A stretch of DNA of 40,859 nt from a virus. The position numbers and the translations under genes are program-made. The stretch lies in the IMG/VR virus record IMGVR_UViG_3300029766_000013. One strand, 5' to 3'. Below, piece by piece: positions 7,305-17,096 of this stretch (the first letter of the stretch is position 1; each line of letters starts with the position of its first letter). The notes below the pieces were generated by a model. The model was not told the origin of the DNA, made no database searches, and worked only from the letters and a program-made list of their open reading frames with translations.

Positions 7305-10300
7305 TTATGCATCTGTGCTGAAGCAGAGAGCTTTTCCACTCAGAGTTAGAGCTCCGATGCTTACTGTTAATAGTTGCTGTTTATAGGTTTCGAATCGTCC
7401 GACTACAACACCGCCAAATATGTAATTTTCATTATTTACGGTGATCGTATAGCCATATCCCAGGAAGGTTTCGCCGCTTTCTGTCTTTCTGGTCCAGCTA
7501 TACCAGGTGGAAGGGTATTCTTTTGTTACTTCTCTGCCGTCTTTGTATACCACTGCTGTTAATGTTGTGGTCCCATCTCCGTTATCATGGTATCTGGCAT
7601 TATAGATCAGGGAATTGTTTGTCAGGCCATGAAGGTCTGTCGTTACTTCTGACAGGTTTGCTTTGATGCCATCTATTCCTGTTTGGATATCTGCCACCTT
7701 ATTATTGGTGGTTGTTATTGCCTCTTTTGCTTCATCTGCAGTATCCTGGGCTTTTTTGATATCTTCTGCCAATCCCTCTGCATCTGCAATGATTGCTACT
7801 GTCTGGGTGTCAAGCATCTGCACTCCTGTCGTATCATAAAGAGTACAGCGAATCAGATTTACATCAGGTCCTGTCGGTGTGTATATTTTCAGTGTTTCTG
7901 TTCCAGAAGAACCATAGGTAATGTTATAGGTTTTTCCGGAATCTTTGGATTCTTCTATCTGGAAAATCCCTGCATAGCTGCTTATCAGACCATTGTCATT
8001 TTTATATGCTGAGAAAGTCACACTGGATGGCAAAAGTGTTTTTCCATCCTTTTGTTTTCTCAGAACCAATGTGCTGGTCTGAATATTATAAGAAATACCG
8101 ATCTTTCCATCTTTTGACTTGCTGATAGAAAAACGTTTTTTGATCCAGACACCATTATTTTTTATCGTCAGGATCTTTCCGCCAATCACTAATATTTCAT
8201 CACCGAGCTGCAGGGCTTTTGATTCCAGGCCGTATTGTGCTTCGATATCTACATAACCGCTGTCAGTGGTCATGTCTGTTACCTGATAGGTCCGGGTTCT
8301 GGCATTCCAGGTACCCGTGATTCCTTCTGAAACTGTTACCCTCATTGCGTCAATATGGTCTGAAACGTCTGTATCTCCCAGATATACTTTCATGGTTGTA
8401 TGGCAGGTGCTATAATCCCCGCCGGTTCCATCCGGATTCGTATGAACTACATGCGCATCATTATCAAGTAATGCTCCGATCGCATCCAGTGTACTGATCC
8501 CGGATAATGTATCCAGTGCTTTTCTGGCTGTATCTGCCGCAGCGTCTGCAGTATCGCTGGCAGCCTTTGCAGTGCCGGTGGCACTATTGGCAGTTTCCTG
8601 CACGGTAGTAATATTTTTGCTGATCTGAGAGTATGCCTGGTTCAGATTCTGTCCGGAATCATCAAACCAGATCCGGCTACTCTTGATCACCTGGGCACTG
8701 TTATTGATCTCCTTAAACAAGCTGTCAATGTCCAGCTTGGAAGCTGCGATATTCGCATTGTCTGAAACCATGCTGTCTACTACAACGCCATCTGCGATTG
8801 CGCCTTTTTGAACGCCGGCTGCATCAATCAAAATCCCTTTTCCAGTCTCATCGAACAGTGCAAAAGCAAAGTTCCCGGATGCATCTTTTCCTGCCTGCAG
8901 TCTCACCACGCCGTTGGCATCCTTCCACTGCTGGGTGGCTCCCTGTATCTGGATCCCGCCATCATCTGAGACGATCGTAAATTTATCCGTAGAAATAGTT
9001 CCCGCCAAAAGATCGGATATCGTGACCGTCTGCATTACTGCATTCCGGATCAGTGCCGAATCGATCACCGCATTCTGAGAAGTCAGGTGAATATTCTGTA
9101 GATCCCCCACTCCAGCATTTCCGGAAAGAAGTGTCTTGATATTGGCATAGTTGCCATCCAGGATATCAATCTTTGCATTGGCAGCTTTGAACTGGGTCGC
9201 GGTCAGATCCCGGAAATTTCCTACGTCTGCATTCAGCATTTCAATATTGGCATTCGTAGCATTCAGGTTTGTAATCGTCGCATAGGTGATCTTAGCCGTG
9301 TCTACATCCAGCTTGTTGATCATCGCATGATCGATCATGACCAGCTGGGCGTAATAACGATCCATTTCTTTTGTCTGGGGACCTTTATAGTCTGCATTTG
9401 TTTCTTCTTCAGACAAGCCAACCGCTTCGATCGTATGCGTCAGACCGCCGTCATACTCCCATTCCAGCTTCATAGCAGGAACCTTGTAAGAATCTCCATT
9501 CAGGTCCTCTACTGTTAAAATATCCCAGGGATCCAGGCGGGGATCTCCTAAGAGTTTCAGATTTCCAGGCATATAAGAAAACTGGCCGATTGCTGAAAGG
9601 ATATTGTTCAGCACATCTTCTGTCATAAATGGATTGGAAAAGGTAACCGCTCTTGCTCCGTTGCCTGCAGATATGGAGCTGCTGTTCCCTTCTTCATCTT
9701 TTCCTGTATAGCAGGTCAGTTTTTCTACGTTAAATGGATACTCGTTATGCTCAAAATTATCCCAGTACCGTCCGGTCCCTACCGTGTAGTCGCTGTCTGT
9801 ATATGTGTGGATCTCTATCTGCCCCTGACGATTACAGAGAGCAAATCCGCCATACATCTGAGCTACATAGGAAAGGACCTCACGACAGGAATAGCCTTTC
9901 GGGTTCGCCATTGTGATTGCATCAAGTCCTTCTGTTATCACCGGTACCCGTGTAATCTCTGCAATGCGTTTCAATATTGCAATCGTATCCGTATTATCTG
10001 GAAGGCTGGAAGAAAAAGGTGTTTCCAGGTTCATCATACGGTCATATGCCGTAAATTCTATCTGGTTCTCCGTCTTTTTGGGCTTTCCGGCTGTAAAATA
10101 TCCAATGGGAATGTATTCCGTCAGGCCATCTATGTCCATGCCGATCTGCAGTAAAAATTCATGGTTTTCAATTGCGCCGGCGCAATCCGGGATTGTTGCT
10201 TCTACATACTGGGACACCACGGAGCCCAGGGAGAAATCATCCTCTCCTTCAGATCCGCCGGTAAACTTAATGTTTTTGGCATTCGTGATGCTGGTGTCAT

Positions 10301-10376
10301 CATAAGTGATCAGGCTTTTAAACGTTCGGGAATCCTGCTGTATCAGATTTCCGAAGGCTTCCGTTGACTGATACAT
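7305..10376 (-). CDS. Tail-associated large structural protein (Tal / prophage tail endopeptidase-type N-terminus)
   Basis: 1023 aa. The N-terminus MYQSTEAFGNLIQQDSRTFKSLITYDD...FTGGSEGEDDFSLGS resembles the phage minor structural protein N-terminal family. Positioned after the TMP/Dit-like genes, with RBS AAGGAGG. Confidence 0.8.
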   Translation of the reverse strand: MYQSTEAFGNLIQQDSRTFKSLITYDDTSITNAKNIKFTGGSEGEDDFSLGSVVSQYVEATIPDCAGAIENHEFLLQIGMDIDGLTEYIPIGYFTAGKPKKTENQIEFTAYDRMMNLETPFSSSLPDNTDTIAILKRIAEITRVPVITEGLDAITMANPKGYSCREVLSYVAQMYGGFALCNRQGQIEIHTYTDSDYTVGTGRYWDNFEHNEYPFNVEKLTCYTGKDEEGNSSSISAGNGARAVTFSNPFMTEDVLNNILSAIGQFSYMPGNLKLLGDPRLDPWDILTVEDLNGDSYKVPAMKLEWEYDGGLTHTIEAVGLSEEETNADYKGPQTKEMDRYYAQLVMIDHAMINKLDVDTAKITYATITNLNATNANIEMLNADVGNFRDLTATQFKAANAKIDILDGNYANIKTLLSGNAGVGDLQNIHLTSQNAVIDSALIRNAVMQTVTISDLLAGTISTDKFTIVSDDGGIQIQGATQQWKDANGVVRLQAGKDASGNFAFALFDETGKGILIDAAGVQKGAIADGVVVDSMVSDNANIAASKLDIDSLFKEINNSAQVIKSSRIWFDDSGQNLNQAYSQISKNITTVQETANSATGTAKAASDTADAAADTARKALDTLSGISTLDAIGALLDNDAHVVHTNPDGTGGDYSTCHTTMKVYLGDTDVSDHIDAMRVTVSEGITGTWNARTRTYQVTDMTTDSGYVDIEAQYGLESKALQLGDEILVIGGKILTIKNNGVWIKKRFSISKSKDGKIGISYNIQTSTLVLRKQKDGKTLLPSSVTFSAYKNDNGLISSYAGIFQIEESKDSGKTYNITYGSSGTETLKIYTPTGPDVNLIRCTLYDTTGVQMLDTQTVAIIADAEGLAEDIKKAQDTADEAKEAITTTNNKVADIQTGIDGIKANLSEVTTDLHGLTNNSLIYNARYHDNGDGTTTLTAVVYKDGREVTKEYPSTWYSWTRKTESGETFLGYGYTITVNNENYIFGGVVVGRFETYKQQLLTVSIGALTLSGKALCFSTDA
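10171..10186. repeat. Palindrome ATTGCGCCGGCGCAAT (copy 2, inside the Tal coding sequence)
   Basis: Read directly. Encodes D-C-A-G-A-I in Tal. Shares a 21-bp stretch CCGGATTGCGCCGGCGCAATT with copy 3, in the opposite orientation. Confidence 0.9.
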
Positions 10377-10389
10377 TCAGGTACCTCCT

Positions 10390-10776
10390 TTACTCTGTCA
10401 TAAATTCCAGGGCAGTCAGCTCCTCGATGGTCAACGGATCAAATCTGGGATCATCGCATTTCTCCAGCACATCAAGAGAGACTGTCTGGATCTCTGCTTC
10501 GGTTTCGATATTCAGAAGTTCCTCAATATCTTTTGCATATCCTTCCTGATCCGGGATCGCATAACAACCGTCGTTTACCAGAAACTGTCCGTTTTCGCCT
10601 TTCTGTGCGTAATGCTCTAAAAGCTCATTTCTTTCTGCAGAATAAGCTTCAGAAGCTGCAGTTACTGCCGATACGTTCTTTTTGATTGCATATCCCAATT
10701 TTACAGGGAGTTTCTTTGTTTTTATTGCAGCGTATGTGTTCAGAAAAGAAATAATCTGACTATTCCTGAGTTTCAT
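10390..10776 (-). CDS. Hypothetical acidic helical protein (128 aa from ATG 10776)
   Basis: An internal ATG (MKLRNSQIISFLNTY...) follows the RBS AGGGGAGGA. The longer listed ORF start (10866) overlaps the upstream gene and is unlikely to be used. Confidence 0.55.
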   Translation of the reverse strand: MKLRNSQIISFLNTYAAIKTKKLPVKLGYAIKKNVSAVTAASEAYSAERNELLEHYAQKGENGQFLVNDGCYAIPDQEGYAKDIEELLNIETEAEIQTVSLDVLEKCDDPRFDPLTIEELTALEFMTE

Positions 10777-11041
10777 CTGTGGTATCCTCCCCTGTTGTGC
10801 TGTCTGCCTCTTCCATGGAATCCTGCATATCCCATACTGCTTCCTGGAAGGCAGCAACCTGGGCACGGATTTCTTTTTTGTTTTTATTGTATGTTTCTTT
10901 GTCCTGGATGGATTGAGTTACTCTGTCAGTGCCATTGGCACTTGTTGAAAGTTCTGTAAAGAGGCTCATTACAATTTTATCATCTACTTTAATGGTTCCG
11001 TTTGCTGTTAAGCTCTTATTAATTGTTAATTCTGCTGCCAT
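10760..11041 (-). CDS. Hypothetical protein with an acidic tail (93 aa)
   Basis: Compact ORF between the Dit-like gene and Tal. C-terminus EEADSTTGEDTTDETQE. Called only from coding context. Confidence 0.5.
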   Translation of the reverse strand: MAAELTINKSLTANGTIKVDDKIVMSLFTELSTSANGTDRVTQSIQDKETYNKNKKEIRAQVAAFQEAVWDMQDSMEEADSTTGEDTTDETQE

Positions 11042-11054
11042 GCTTCTTTTCCTC

Positions 11055-11414
11055 CTATTTCTGAATTACACTTACCGATGCGCTTTTATAATAAAATATC
11101 CCATCGCCAAGCCAGCCTAGCTGTTCTTTTGACAAAGTTCCGCGATAGGAACTGATTGTCAGGTCAATACCATCATCGTGGAACGAAAATGGAAAGTACC
11201 CTGCGGTCAGGACGTTCTTGATTATTACAAGTTCCGATTCTGTAAGTACTCCCCATTTGATTGATATGTTCTTTTTCTGCGCTATTACATCACCGATCAT
11301 CTCACCGGAAGCAGACCTTCCGGTGTTTGATGACCATATAATTTCGTCGTTTACTGTTATCTCTGTAGGTGCAGGAAGCGTAGTATTTCCTGACCATAAT
11401 ATTCTCTTAGCCAT
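11055..11414 (-). CDS. Short tail protein at the position of the distal tail protein
   Basis: 119 aa, immediately after the TMP (11-nt gap). No diagnostic motif recognised. Confidence 0.4.
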   Translation of the reverse strand: MAKRILWSGNTTLPAPTEITVNDEIIWSSNTGRSASGEMIGDVIAQKKNISIKWGVLTESELVIIKNVLTAGYFPFSFHDDGIDLTISSYRGTLSKEQLGWLGDGIFYYKSASVSVIQK

Positions 11415-11424
11415 ACACGCCTCC

Positions 11425-14400
11425 TTAGTAAATCAGTTCTGATTTTCCCTTTGCTTTTGTATTCTGGTTCGTTTTTTCAATGAAATATTTCCGCAGTGTT
11501 TCCGGATCCAGACTTACTATTGGAAAATCTTTCGGCATATTTTTGATCAGATCTATCAATTCCTGCAGTAATCTTGCGGCATCTCCTCCAGATAGTTCAG
11601 CTGCTGCCCTTGCCATTTCCAACATCTTTCCTTCTGGAGCTACAACCTCTCCCTGATGAAGGTTGTCACCAATCATTGCCAGCTGTGGAGTGTTCTTCTG
11701 TACAAATCCGCCTTCTGCAAGATGAGGTATAGTCGGCACTCTGGGAAGAGACAGACCATAATGTCCATAATGCCGGGTACCTGTAATAGGATTCTTAAAA
11801 TCATAACTGAATGAAAATGCGTTCTCTATTGCCGATAAACCGGAGTTAAGTTTTTCCATCAGGCTGTTGATAATGTCAATAACTACATTCAGTGGTGTCT
11901 TAGCCAGAGTTATTAATCCGTCAAATATTCCACCAAATATGTTTTTGATGCCTTCCCATGCCTGTGTCCAGTTTCCTGTAAAAACACCCGTAACAAAATC
12001 AATGATTCCGTTAAATATCTGTTTTATATCCGACCAGATCCGGCTTACAGATTTCCCAAATGTGTTCAGTATTGTTTTTAGCGTTTTAAAACTTCCCGCC
12101 CAGGATCCTTCAAAGACTCCTTTTATAAAGTCAATAAATGGCTGAAAAATATGTTCTTTCACATATTTAAAGATTGATTCAACAATAGTCTTGAATCCCT
12201 CTATGATTTCTTCAATTCCCTGCCAGCATTTATCAAAATCTCCAGTAAAAGCACCCGTGCAAAAATCAATGAATCCTCCCAGAATATCCGTGATTCCCTT
12301 GATCACATCACCTGCAACAGCCAGCAGATCGAGAATCTGATCTCCGATGTTAGCAATAATCGGTCCTAAAATAGGTAAAATAGTTGCAATGATCCAGTTG
12401 ATCACAGGTACCAGGAGTGTTTCCCATAATGCCTGTAAATTCTCAAAGATCTTGCCAATCAGTTCGATGACTCCGTTGAGTGCGGGTTGTATATGTTCTG
12501 CCCACACTGTGCTGAACTTATCCGCCAGATAATCCAAGACAGGAACAATGTATGTATTATATGCATCAAGGAAGGTACCTACGATATCTGAAATTCCCTG
12601 TGCAAGAGAATCCATGAAAGGTTTTACATATTGATCGTACGTTTCAGATATCTTTTCAAATGTATCTACAACCGCCTGGTGCAGGGTATTCAGAACTATT
12701 TCAATCGGAACCAGTGTATTTTCGATTGCTGTTTTTATCTTGTCTACATTCTGGGTAACAGGCAAGATAAAAATCTGTTCTATATCCCTTGTAAATTTCA
12801 AGAGTACCTCACAAGCTCCAAGAACTCCATCGGCAAAAATTCCTATAATGTGTCCGGTAATGCTTTTGGCTGTTTCCCCGGAGAATACATCGAAAATGTC
12901 AGCCATGGCAACATAAAAATCACCTTCTAAATCTGCAATTTCTGCTCTGATATCGAAAATAGATGCCAGTTTTTCCTTAATGTAATCCTTGCTTCCTGTG
13001 AGATATTTATCAAATCCGCCAATCAGATTGTCAGCTATGGTTAATCCTATTCTTGCAAAGGAACCAACCATTTTCCCAAAGCATAATGCCAGGGAGTCTA
13101 AGAGATGATTTGCTGACTCTACAACAGCCGGATCTGTAAATATTTCCTTAAGTGTTTTTCCTATATTTTTAATACTGTCATTGATAGACTTTATTTTCTT
13201 CTGGGAATCCCCAAAACCAATCTGGAATCCCTTTTTGAAGATATTAGCCAGTTCTTTACAGCGTTTCAGAAGTTTATCCAAACTCTTGTTGGTTTTATCA
13301 ACAGTTGTATCTCCTTCTGCCAGTTTTCCAAAATCAACAGCATCTCCCAGATTGACTCCGGGATTTCCTGTGCCACCTGCTGTGCCAGAATCCGAATCAG
13401 ATTCTGCATCAGATGGGCTATCTAGCTTTTGGATCTGGTCAAATCCCATCAGAGAGCGCATCTCTTTTGCTGCTTTTTTCGCAGCATTTCCGGCTTTCTT
13501 CGTAGAATCTGCCATGTTGTCGGCAGACTGGGAGGCATCTTCCATACCAGCTCCCGCATCAGCTGCCGCTGCGCCTGTTGATGCGATCTGGCTTGTTCCG
13601 GATGATTTATTGCCTGTTATCAGCTCCGTAAAGCTTTTGAATGCATTTGCCAGAGTTGCTAATTTCCCGATCAGAGTATTTACTGCTTTGATGATGGGCG
13701 TAAATAAATTGATCAGTCCCTGTCCAATCGTTGCTTTTAGAGAATCAAACTGCAGCTTCAGGATGCGGACCTGATTTGCCCAGCTTCCAGATGTCCTTGC
13801 GAAATCCCCGGAAGCTGCTGACAATTGCTTTTGCACAAATGAATACCGTAAAGCTACTTTCTCAGCTTCCGTCATCTGTGATGTGGTCTTGCCGAATCCG
13901 TTTGCCAACGCATAACTGTCAAGGGCTGTCTGAGTCATTACAACGCCCAGATCCTTTAAAGACTCTGTCTCACCTGTAAATACAGATTTAAGCTTTGTGT
14001 AAGCTTCATCCTGACTCAGATTATAGAACGAAGCTACATCTCCGGCTAATCCGGTCAGACTGGAACCCATATCGTAAGCCTGCTGTTCTGTGAATCCAAA
14101 AGCTTTCGCCATGGCTCCAAATGTACCAGTGTACTGTTTCGCCATAGTCTCTGAGAGACCGAAGCTCTGTGCTGCAGATTTTGCAAATTCATCGACCTTT
14201 GCAGTCATATGAGGAAACGTCACATCTACTACGTTCTGGACCTCTACCAGATCAGAGCCTAATTCCAAGCACTGTTTGCCAAAATCAATTAATTTCTTGG
14301 TTCCGAAAGCTGCTGCCAGTGCAACACCTGCTTTTTTTGCCAGTTTGGTAATACCGTTCATCTGCTGCTGGAACTGGTTCTGGTTTACTACAAGATCAAG

Positions 14401-14427
14401 TGCAATCTGTCCTATACTTGTTGCCAT
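11425..14427 (-). CDS. Tail tape measure protein (TP901-type core)
   Basis: 1000 aa. The N-terminal region ...AAQSFGLSETMAKQYTGTFGAMAKAFGF...VFTGETESLKDLGVVMTQTAL fits the TMP core family. A Gly/Ser/Ala linker and long helical repeats follow. Confidence 0.9.
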   Translation of the reverse strand: MATSIGQIALDLVVNQNQFQQQMNGITKLAKKAGVALAAAFGTKKLIDFGKQCLELGSDLVEVQNVVDVTFPHMTAKVDEFAKSAAQSFGLSETMAKQYTGTFGAMAKAFGFTEQQAYDMGSSLTGLAGDVASFYNLSQDEAYTKLKSVFTGETESLKDLGVVMTQTALDSYALANGFGKTTSQMTEAEKVALRYSFVQKQLSAASGDFARTSGSWANQVRILKLQFDSLKATIGQGLINLFTPIIKAVNTLIGKLATLANAFKSFTELITGNKSSGTSQIASTGAAAADAGAGMEDASQSADNMADSTKKAGNAAKKAAKEMRSLMGFDQIQKLDSPSDAESDSDSGTAGGTGNPGVNLGDAVDFGKLAEGDTTVDKTNKSLDKLLKRCKELANIFKKGFQIGFGDSQKKIKSINDSIKNIGKTLKEIFTDPAVVESANHLLDSLALCFGKMVGSFARIGLTIADNLIGGFDKYLTGSKDYIKEKLASIFDIRAEIADLEGDFYVAMADIFDVFSGETAKSITGHIIGIFADGVLGACEVLLKFTRDIEQIFILPVTQNVDKIKTAIENTLVPIEIVLNTLHQAVVDTFEKISETYDQYVKPFMDSLAQGISDIVGTFLDAYNTYIVPVLDYLADKFSTVWAEHIQPALNGVIELIGKIFENLQALWETLLVPVINWIIATILPILGPIIANIGDQILDLLAVAGDVIKGITDILGGFIDFCTGAFTGDFDKCWQGIEEIIEGFKTIVESIFKYVKEHIFQPFIDFIKGVFEGSWAGSFKTLKTILNTFGKSVSRIWSDIKQIFNGIIDFVTGVFTGNWTQAWEGIKNIFGGIFDGLITLAKTPLNVVIDIINSLMEKLNSGLSAIENAFSFSYDFKNPITGTRHYGHYGLSLPRVPTIPHLAEGGFVQKNTPQLAMIGDNLHQGEVVAPEGKMLEMARAAAELSGGDAARLLQELIDLIKNMPKDFPIVSLDPETLRKYFIEKTNQNTKAKGKSELIY

Positions 14428-14435
14428 ATGTAGTT

Positions 14436-14693
14436 TCAGTCACCTCCTAATCCAGCCATTCGTAAAAAGGCATTTTTAAATCCATCCATAGCGGTATCCA
14501 TTTCCTGTTTTGATATGGATTCAGCCACTACCTTTGCATGTTTTTCTTTCCATTCATTTCTGATCCGATGCTGTTCCTTTGTAAAAGTCTTCAGAACTTC
14601 TTTATCATCCTCTGCACGTATTGCGATAATCCTTCCAAGCGCTGTTTTATTGTCAATTCCCACGAGCATCTGTTTAAACTCTGTCCATGACAT
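14436..14693 (-). CDS. Tail assembly chaperone, T part (probably made as a G-T fusion by -1 frameshift)
   Basis: This frame is the -1 frame of 14768..15094 and stays open from about 20 codons before the G stop through to 14693. Canonical position before the TMP. Confidence 0.6.
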   Translation of the reverse strand: MSWTEFKQMLVGIDNKTALGRIIAIRAEDDKEVLKTFTKEQHRIRNEWKEKHAKVVAESISKQEMDTAMDGFKNAFLRMAGLGGD

Positions 14694-14767
14694 TTTGTGT
14701 ATTTCTCTCGACAGTCTCAGCCCATACTGTGACTGGAAGGAAGATACGATCAGGTCATAATCTTCAA

Positions 14768-15094
14768 TCAGGTCATAGTATGGGTCAGAGCTTCCCCCGC
14801 AGTTTCTTCCTCTCCTACAATAAGTTTCTGGGCTTCCATGACAATTGTTGTCAGATCATTAAAGCTGATCTTCATTTTTTCAATCTTTTCCCGACTTTCC
14901 TCCGGGAGCATTAAATTGTATAAATCCAGAATGTCTTTTGCTGTAGCATTTTCCGAGGTAAATTCTGAATATTTTCCCATGATCTTTAACATGGTTGCTG
15001 CATCTGCGTTTACTTCTAACTCCTCTTTGCCAATAATCAGGGATGGATTGCCATCCAGTTCCAGTTTTTCTGTAATATTTACTTTTTTCGCCAT
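14768..15094 (-). CDS. Tail assembly chaperone G
   Basis: 108-aa acidic protein between the major tail protein and the TMP. A G5 run (plus-strand ccccc at 14794-14798) lies in the frame-overlap window. Confidence 0.65.
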   Translation of the reverse strand: MAKKVNITEKLELDGNPSLIIGKEELEVNADAATMLKIMGKYSEFTSENATAKDILDLYNLMLPEESREKIEKMKISFNDLTTIVMEAQKLIVGEEETAGEALTHTMT

Positions 15095-15105
15095 TATTCT
15101 TCTCC

Positions 15106-15576
15106 TTATACAGCGGGTGTTACAGTAGGCTTGCCATTGCTGATTGCATCAAACTCTAATGCAGCTACATTTGTGGAATCTCCACCACCACAGTTCTTAA
15201 CATCAAATACAGCGGCATCCCAGGATACGGTTGTTCCATCCGGGAACTCCCATTCAAAATATCCTTCTGCATCATGTCCGTTACTGAACTGTTTTCCTGC
15301 AATGTAGTCGTTTCCTGTGTCTCCAATGTTTCTCTTTCCACTGAGAGTGATGGTAACCGCCTTTGCAGTCATCAGGGCTCTCTGCCAGCCTTCCTGGTCC
15401 ATAGGTGTCCAGGTTTCCACACCATTAGAAAACTCTACGGAAAATGTCTCCATATCTGCAATGGTTGTCGCTGATTCCTTTGTCTTTCCAACTTTGAACT
15501 TGTTATCAAGAACCGGAAATACGTTTGTTTTTCCTGCGAATTTCTGTAAATTCATCTGTAAAGCTTTACGTTTCAT
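15106..15576 (-). CDS. Major tail protein
   Basis: About 156 aa from ATG 15576 (RBS AGAAAGGAA). Begins MKRKALQMNLQKFAG. Placed between the connector genes and the chaperones. Confidence 0.7.
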   Translation of the reverse strand: MKRKALQMNLQKFAGKTNVFPVLDNKFKVGKTKESATTIADMETFSVEFSNGVETWTPMDQEGWQRALMTAKAVTITLSGKRNIGDTGNDYIAGKQFSNGHDAEGYFEWEFPDGTTVSWDAAVFDVKNCGGGDSTNVAALEFDAISNGKPTVTPAV

Positions 15577-15976
15577 TCTGTTTTCCTTTCTTCGCATAGA
15601 TAACAGCCGCCTCTATTACCATTTCACAAATTCCGGAATCGTTCGTTCCAACATCCTGGATTTCATAAAGTGGCTGTATAAATTTAATGGTTTCATCATT
15701 AATCGTTATATCCCTTGCCCGTCTGAGCACTTCAAACAGCTCTGTAGCTGTTTTTTCGGTATCCCTTGGAGATTTATTCCAATGTATCAGCAGAGTTATA
15801 TATTTCTGCCCGTATCCCTCCTGAGCGGGGCCTCCAAGTGCTATGTGCTGTGGATACTGATGCTTGCTGTTGTATACTCCAATAGATTTATCTTCCTTAT
15901 CCGGAAGTTTCCCCATGTATACGTGTGCAGCCAATTCAAGGGAAGCTATATAGTCTCTCACGTCTGCTAATGTCAT
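15566..15976 (-). CDS. Head-tail joining / tail terminator-type protein
   Basis: 136 aa. Fourth gene of the overlapping connector block, with a 4-nt overlap to its upstream neighbour. Confidence 0.5.
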   Translation of the reverse strand: MTLADVRDYIASLELAAHVYMGKLPDKEDKSIGVYNSKHQYPQHIALGGPAQEGYGQKYITLLIHWNKSPRDTEKTATELFEVLRRARDITINDETIKFIQPLYEIQDVGTNDSGICEMVIEAAVIYAKKGKQNET

Positions 15977-16356
15977 ATTCCTGTCAGCCTCCTGTAGATT
16001 CGTTTAAATGCATTTGTACAGTAATCTGCCTCTCTTCCTCCCGGAAGCCAGTCTTCATACCATTTTCCTTTTGCGTTCGGGTTTTCGTCTGTATGGAAAT
16101 GATATTCCGGATGAAAATACAGCCTTCTGGCATATGGAGTTGATGATACTATAGATACTTTCCCCTGTTTGCTTTTGGAAGTATCCACGAACGTGCTTTC
16201 ATTCTGCAGGTTTCCGGTATCTCTCGGGAAAACCTGAGCCTGTACCACTTCTGTGTGAAGCGCTTCTGCCGTCTGTTCCAGAGCTTTCACCTGCATCTCT
16301 GAGAGTTCTCGGATTTTGGGAAGATTCAATCTCACTGTTGAATTTACCCGGATCAT
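15973..16356 (-). CDS. Head-tail joining protein (HK97 gp10 / minor-capsid-like)
   Basis: 127 aa. The pattern ...FPRDTGNLQNES...SSTPYARRLYFHPEY... resembles tail-completion / minor capsid families. Translationally coupled on both sides. Confidence 0.5.
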   Translation of the reverse strand: MIRVNSTVRLNLPKIRELSEMQVKALEQTAEALHTEVVQAQVFPRDTGNLQNESTFVDTSKSKQGKVSIVSSTPYARRLYFHPEYHFHTDENPNAKGKWYEDWLPGGREADYCTNAFKRIYRRLTGI

Positions 16357-16691
16357 ATTAGCTGAACCTCTGTATAATTTACTGAACCGTCAGAATTTCG
16401 TGCCTTTGTTCCCTGTTCGATCCGTCTTTTTACACCAAATATGACAGCCTCACCGCCGGATATGACTGGAAGTTCCGGGCATATGTCCCCGCAAAACAAG
16501 GCTGTTCCTGTGATCTTGATCAGTTTCTTTTCAGCAGTCAACACTGTCCGGGCTTTATCCTGATAATTACATTTTCCTGAATACTGTATAGGTTCCAGCG
16601 GTTCTCCGTACTCATTTAAACCTTCTCTGTCAAACGACAGGCTGATATCTGTTTTACATAACCGTCTGGGTACCAGACATGGATATTTCAT
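16353..16691 (-). CDS. Head closure / head-tail adaptor protein
   Basis: 112 aa in the connector block. Called from position only. Confidence 0.45.
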   Translation of the reverse strand: MKYPCLVPRRLCKTDISLSFDREGLNEYGEPLEPIQYSGKCNYQDKARTVLTAEKKLIKITGTALFCGDICPELPVISGGEAVIFGVKRRIEQGTKARNSDGSVNYTEVQLI

Positions 16692-16695
16692 ATGA

Positions 16696-17082
16696 TTACC
16701 TCGCTAATTGGCAACAAAGGCCGGTTTGACAGAGAAGTGTATAGTCATCTCTCTTCATTGCAATGCCTTTTCCTGTAAATACATTCCATGAACTGCCAAA
16801 CTGGGCAGATACGCCGTTAATGCTGTAAGAGGACAGGACGCTACTTATTTCGTCTGCATTCTCGTACTCAAATTCTGCCTGTCTGCATATAACTTCCCGG
16901 ATAATTTCCTGTTGAAATTCTGTAAGATTTAAAAATCCCCGGCCTACAATCCTGTTGTAGGTCAGGGAATCTACATGTCTGCTTGCCTGCTTTAATGCTT
17001 TTTCTATTTCATCTTCAGGTATCAGAATTCCTTCATAGGTATCCAGGTAATAGCTTTCTGTTGCATATGATTTATATCTCAT
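16696..17082 (-). CDS. gp6-like head-tail connector (DNA-packaging adaptor)
   Basis: 128 aa, first gene after the capsid gene. The helical N-terminus (EDEIEKALKQASRHVDSLTYNRI) is typical of this family. Confidence 0.55.
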   Translation of the reverse strand: MRYKSYATESYYLDTYEGILIPEDEIEKALKQASRHVDSLTYNRIVGRGFLNLTEFQQEIIREVICRQAEFEYENADEISSVLSSYSINGVSAQFGSSWNVFTGKGIAMKRDDYTLLCQTGLCCQLAR

Positions 17083-17096
17083 ATGACGCCCTCCGA

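Noticed and set aside
13181-13774. 197-aa plus-strand ORF
   Set aside because: It runs antisense to the tape measure gene and is a typical shadow ORF of a long gene.
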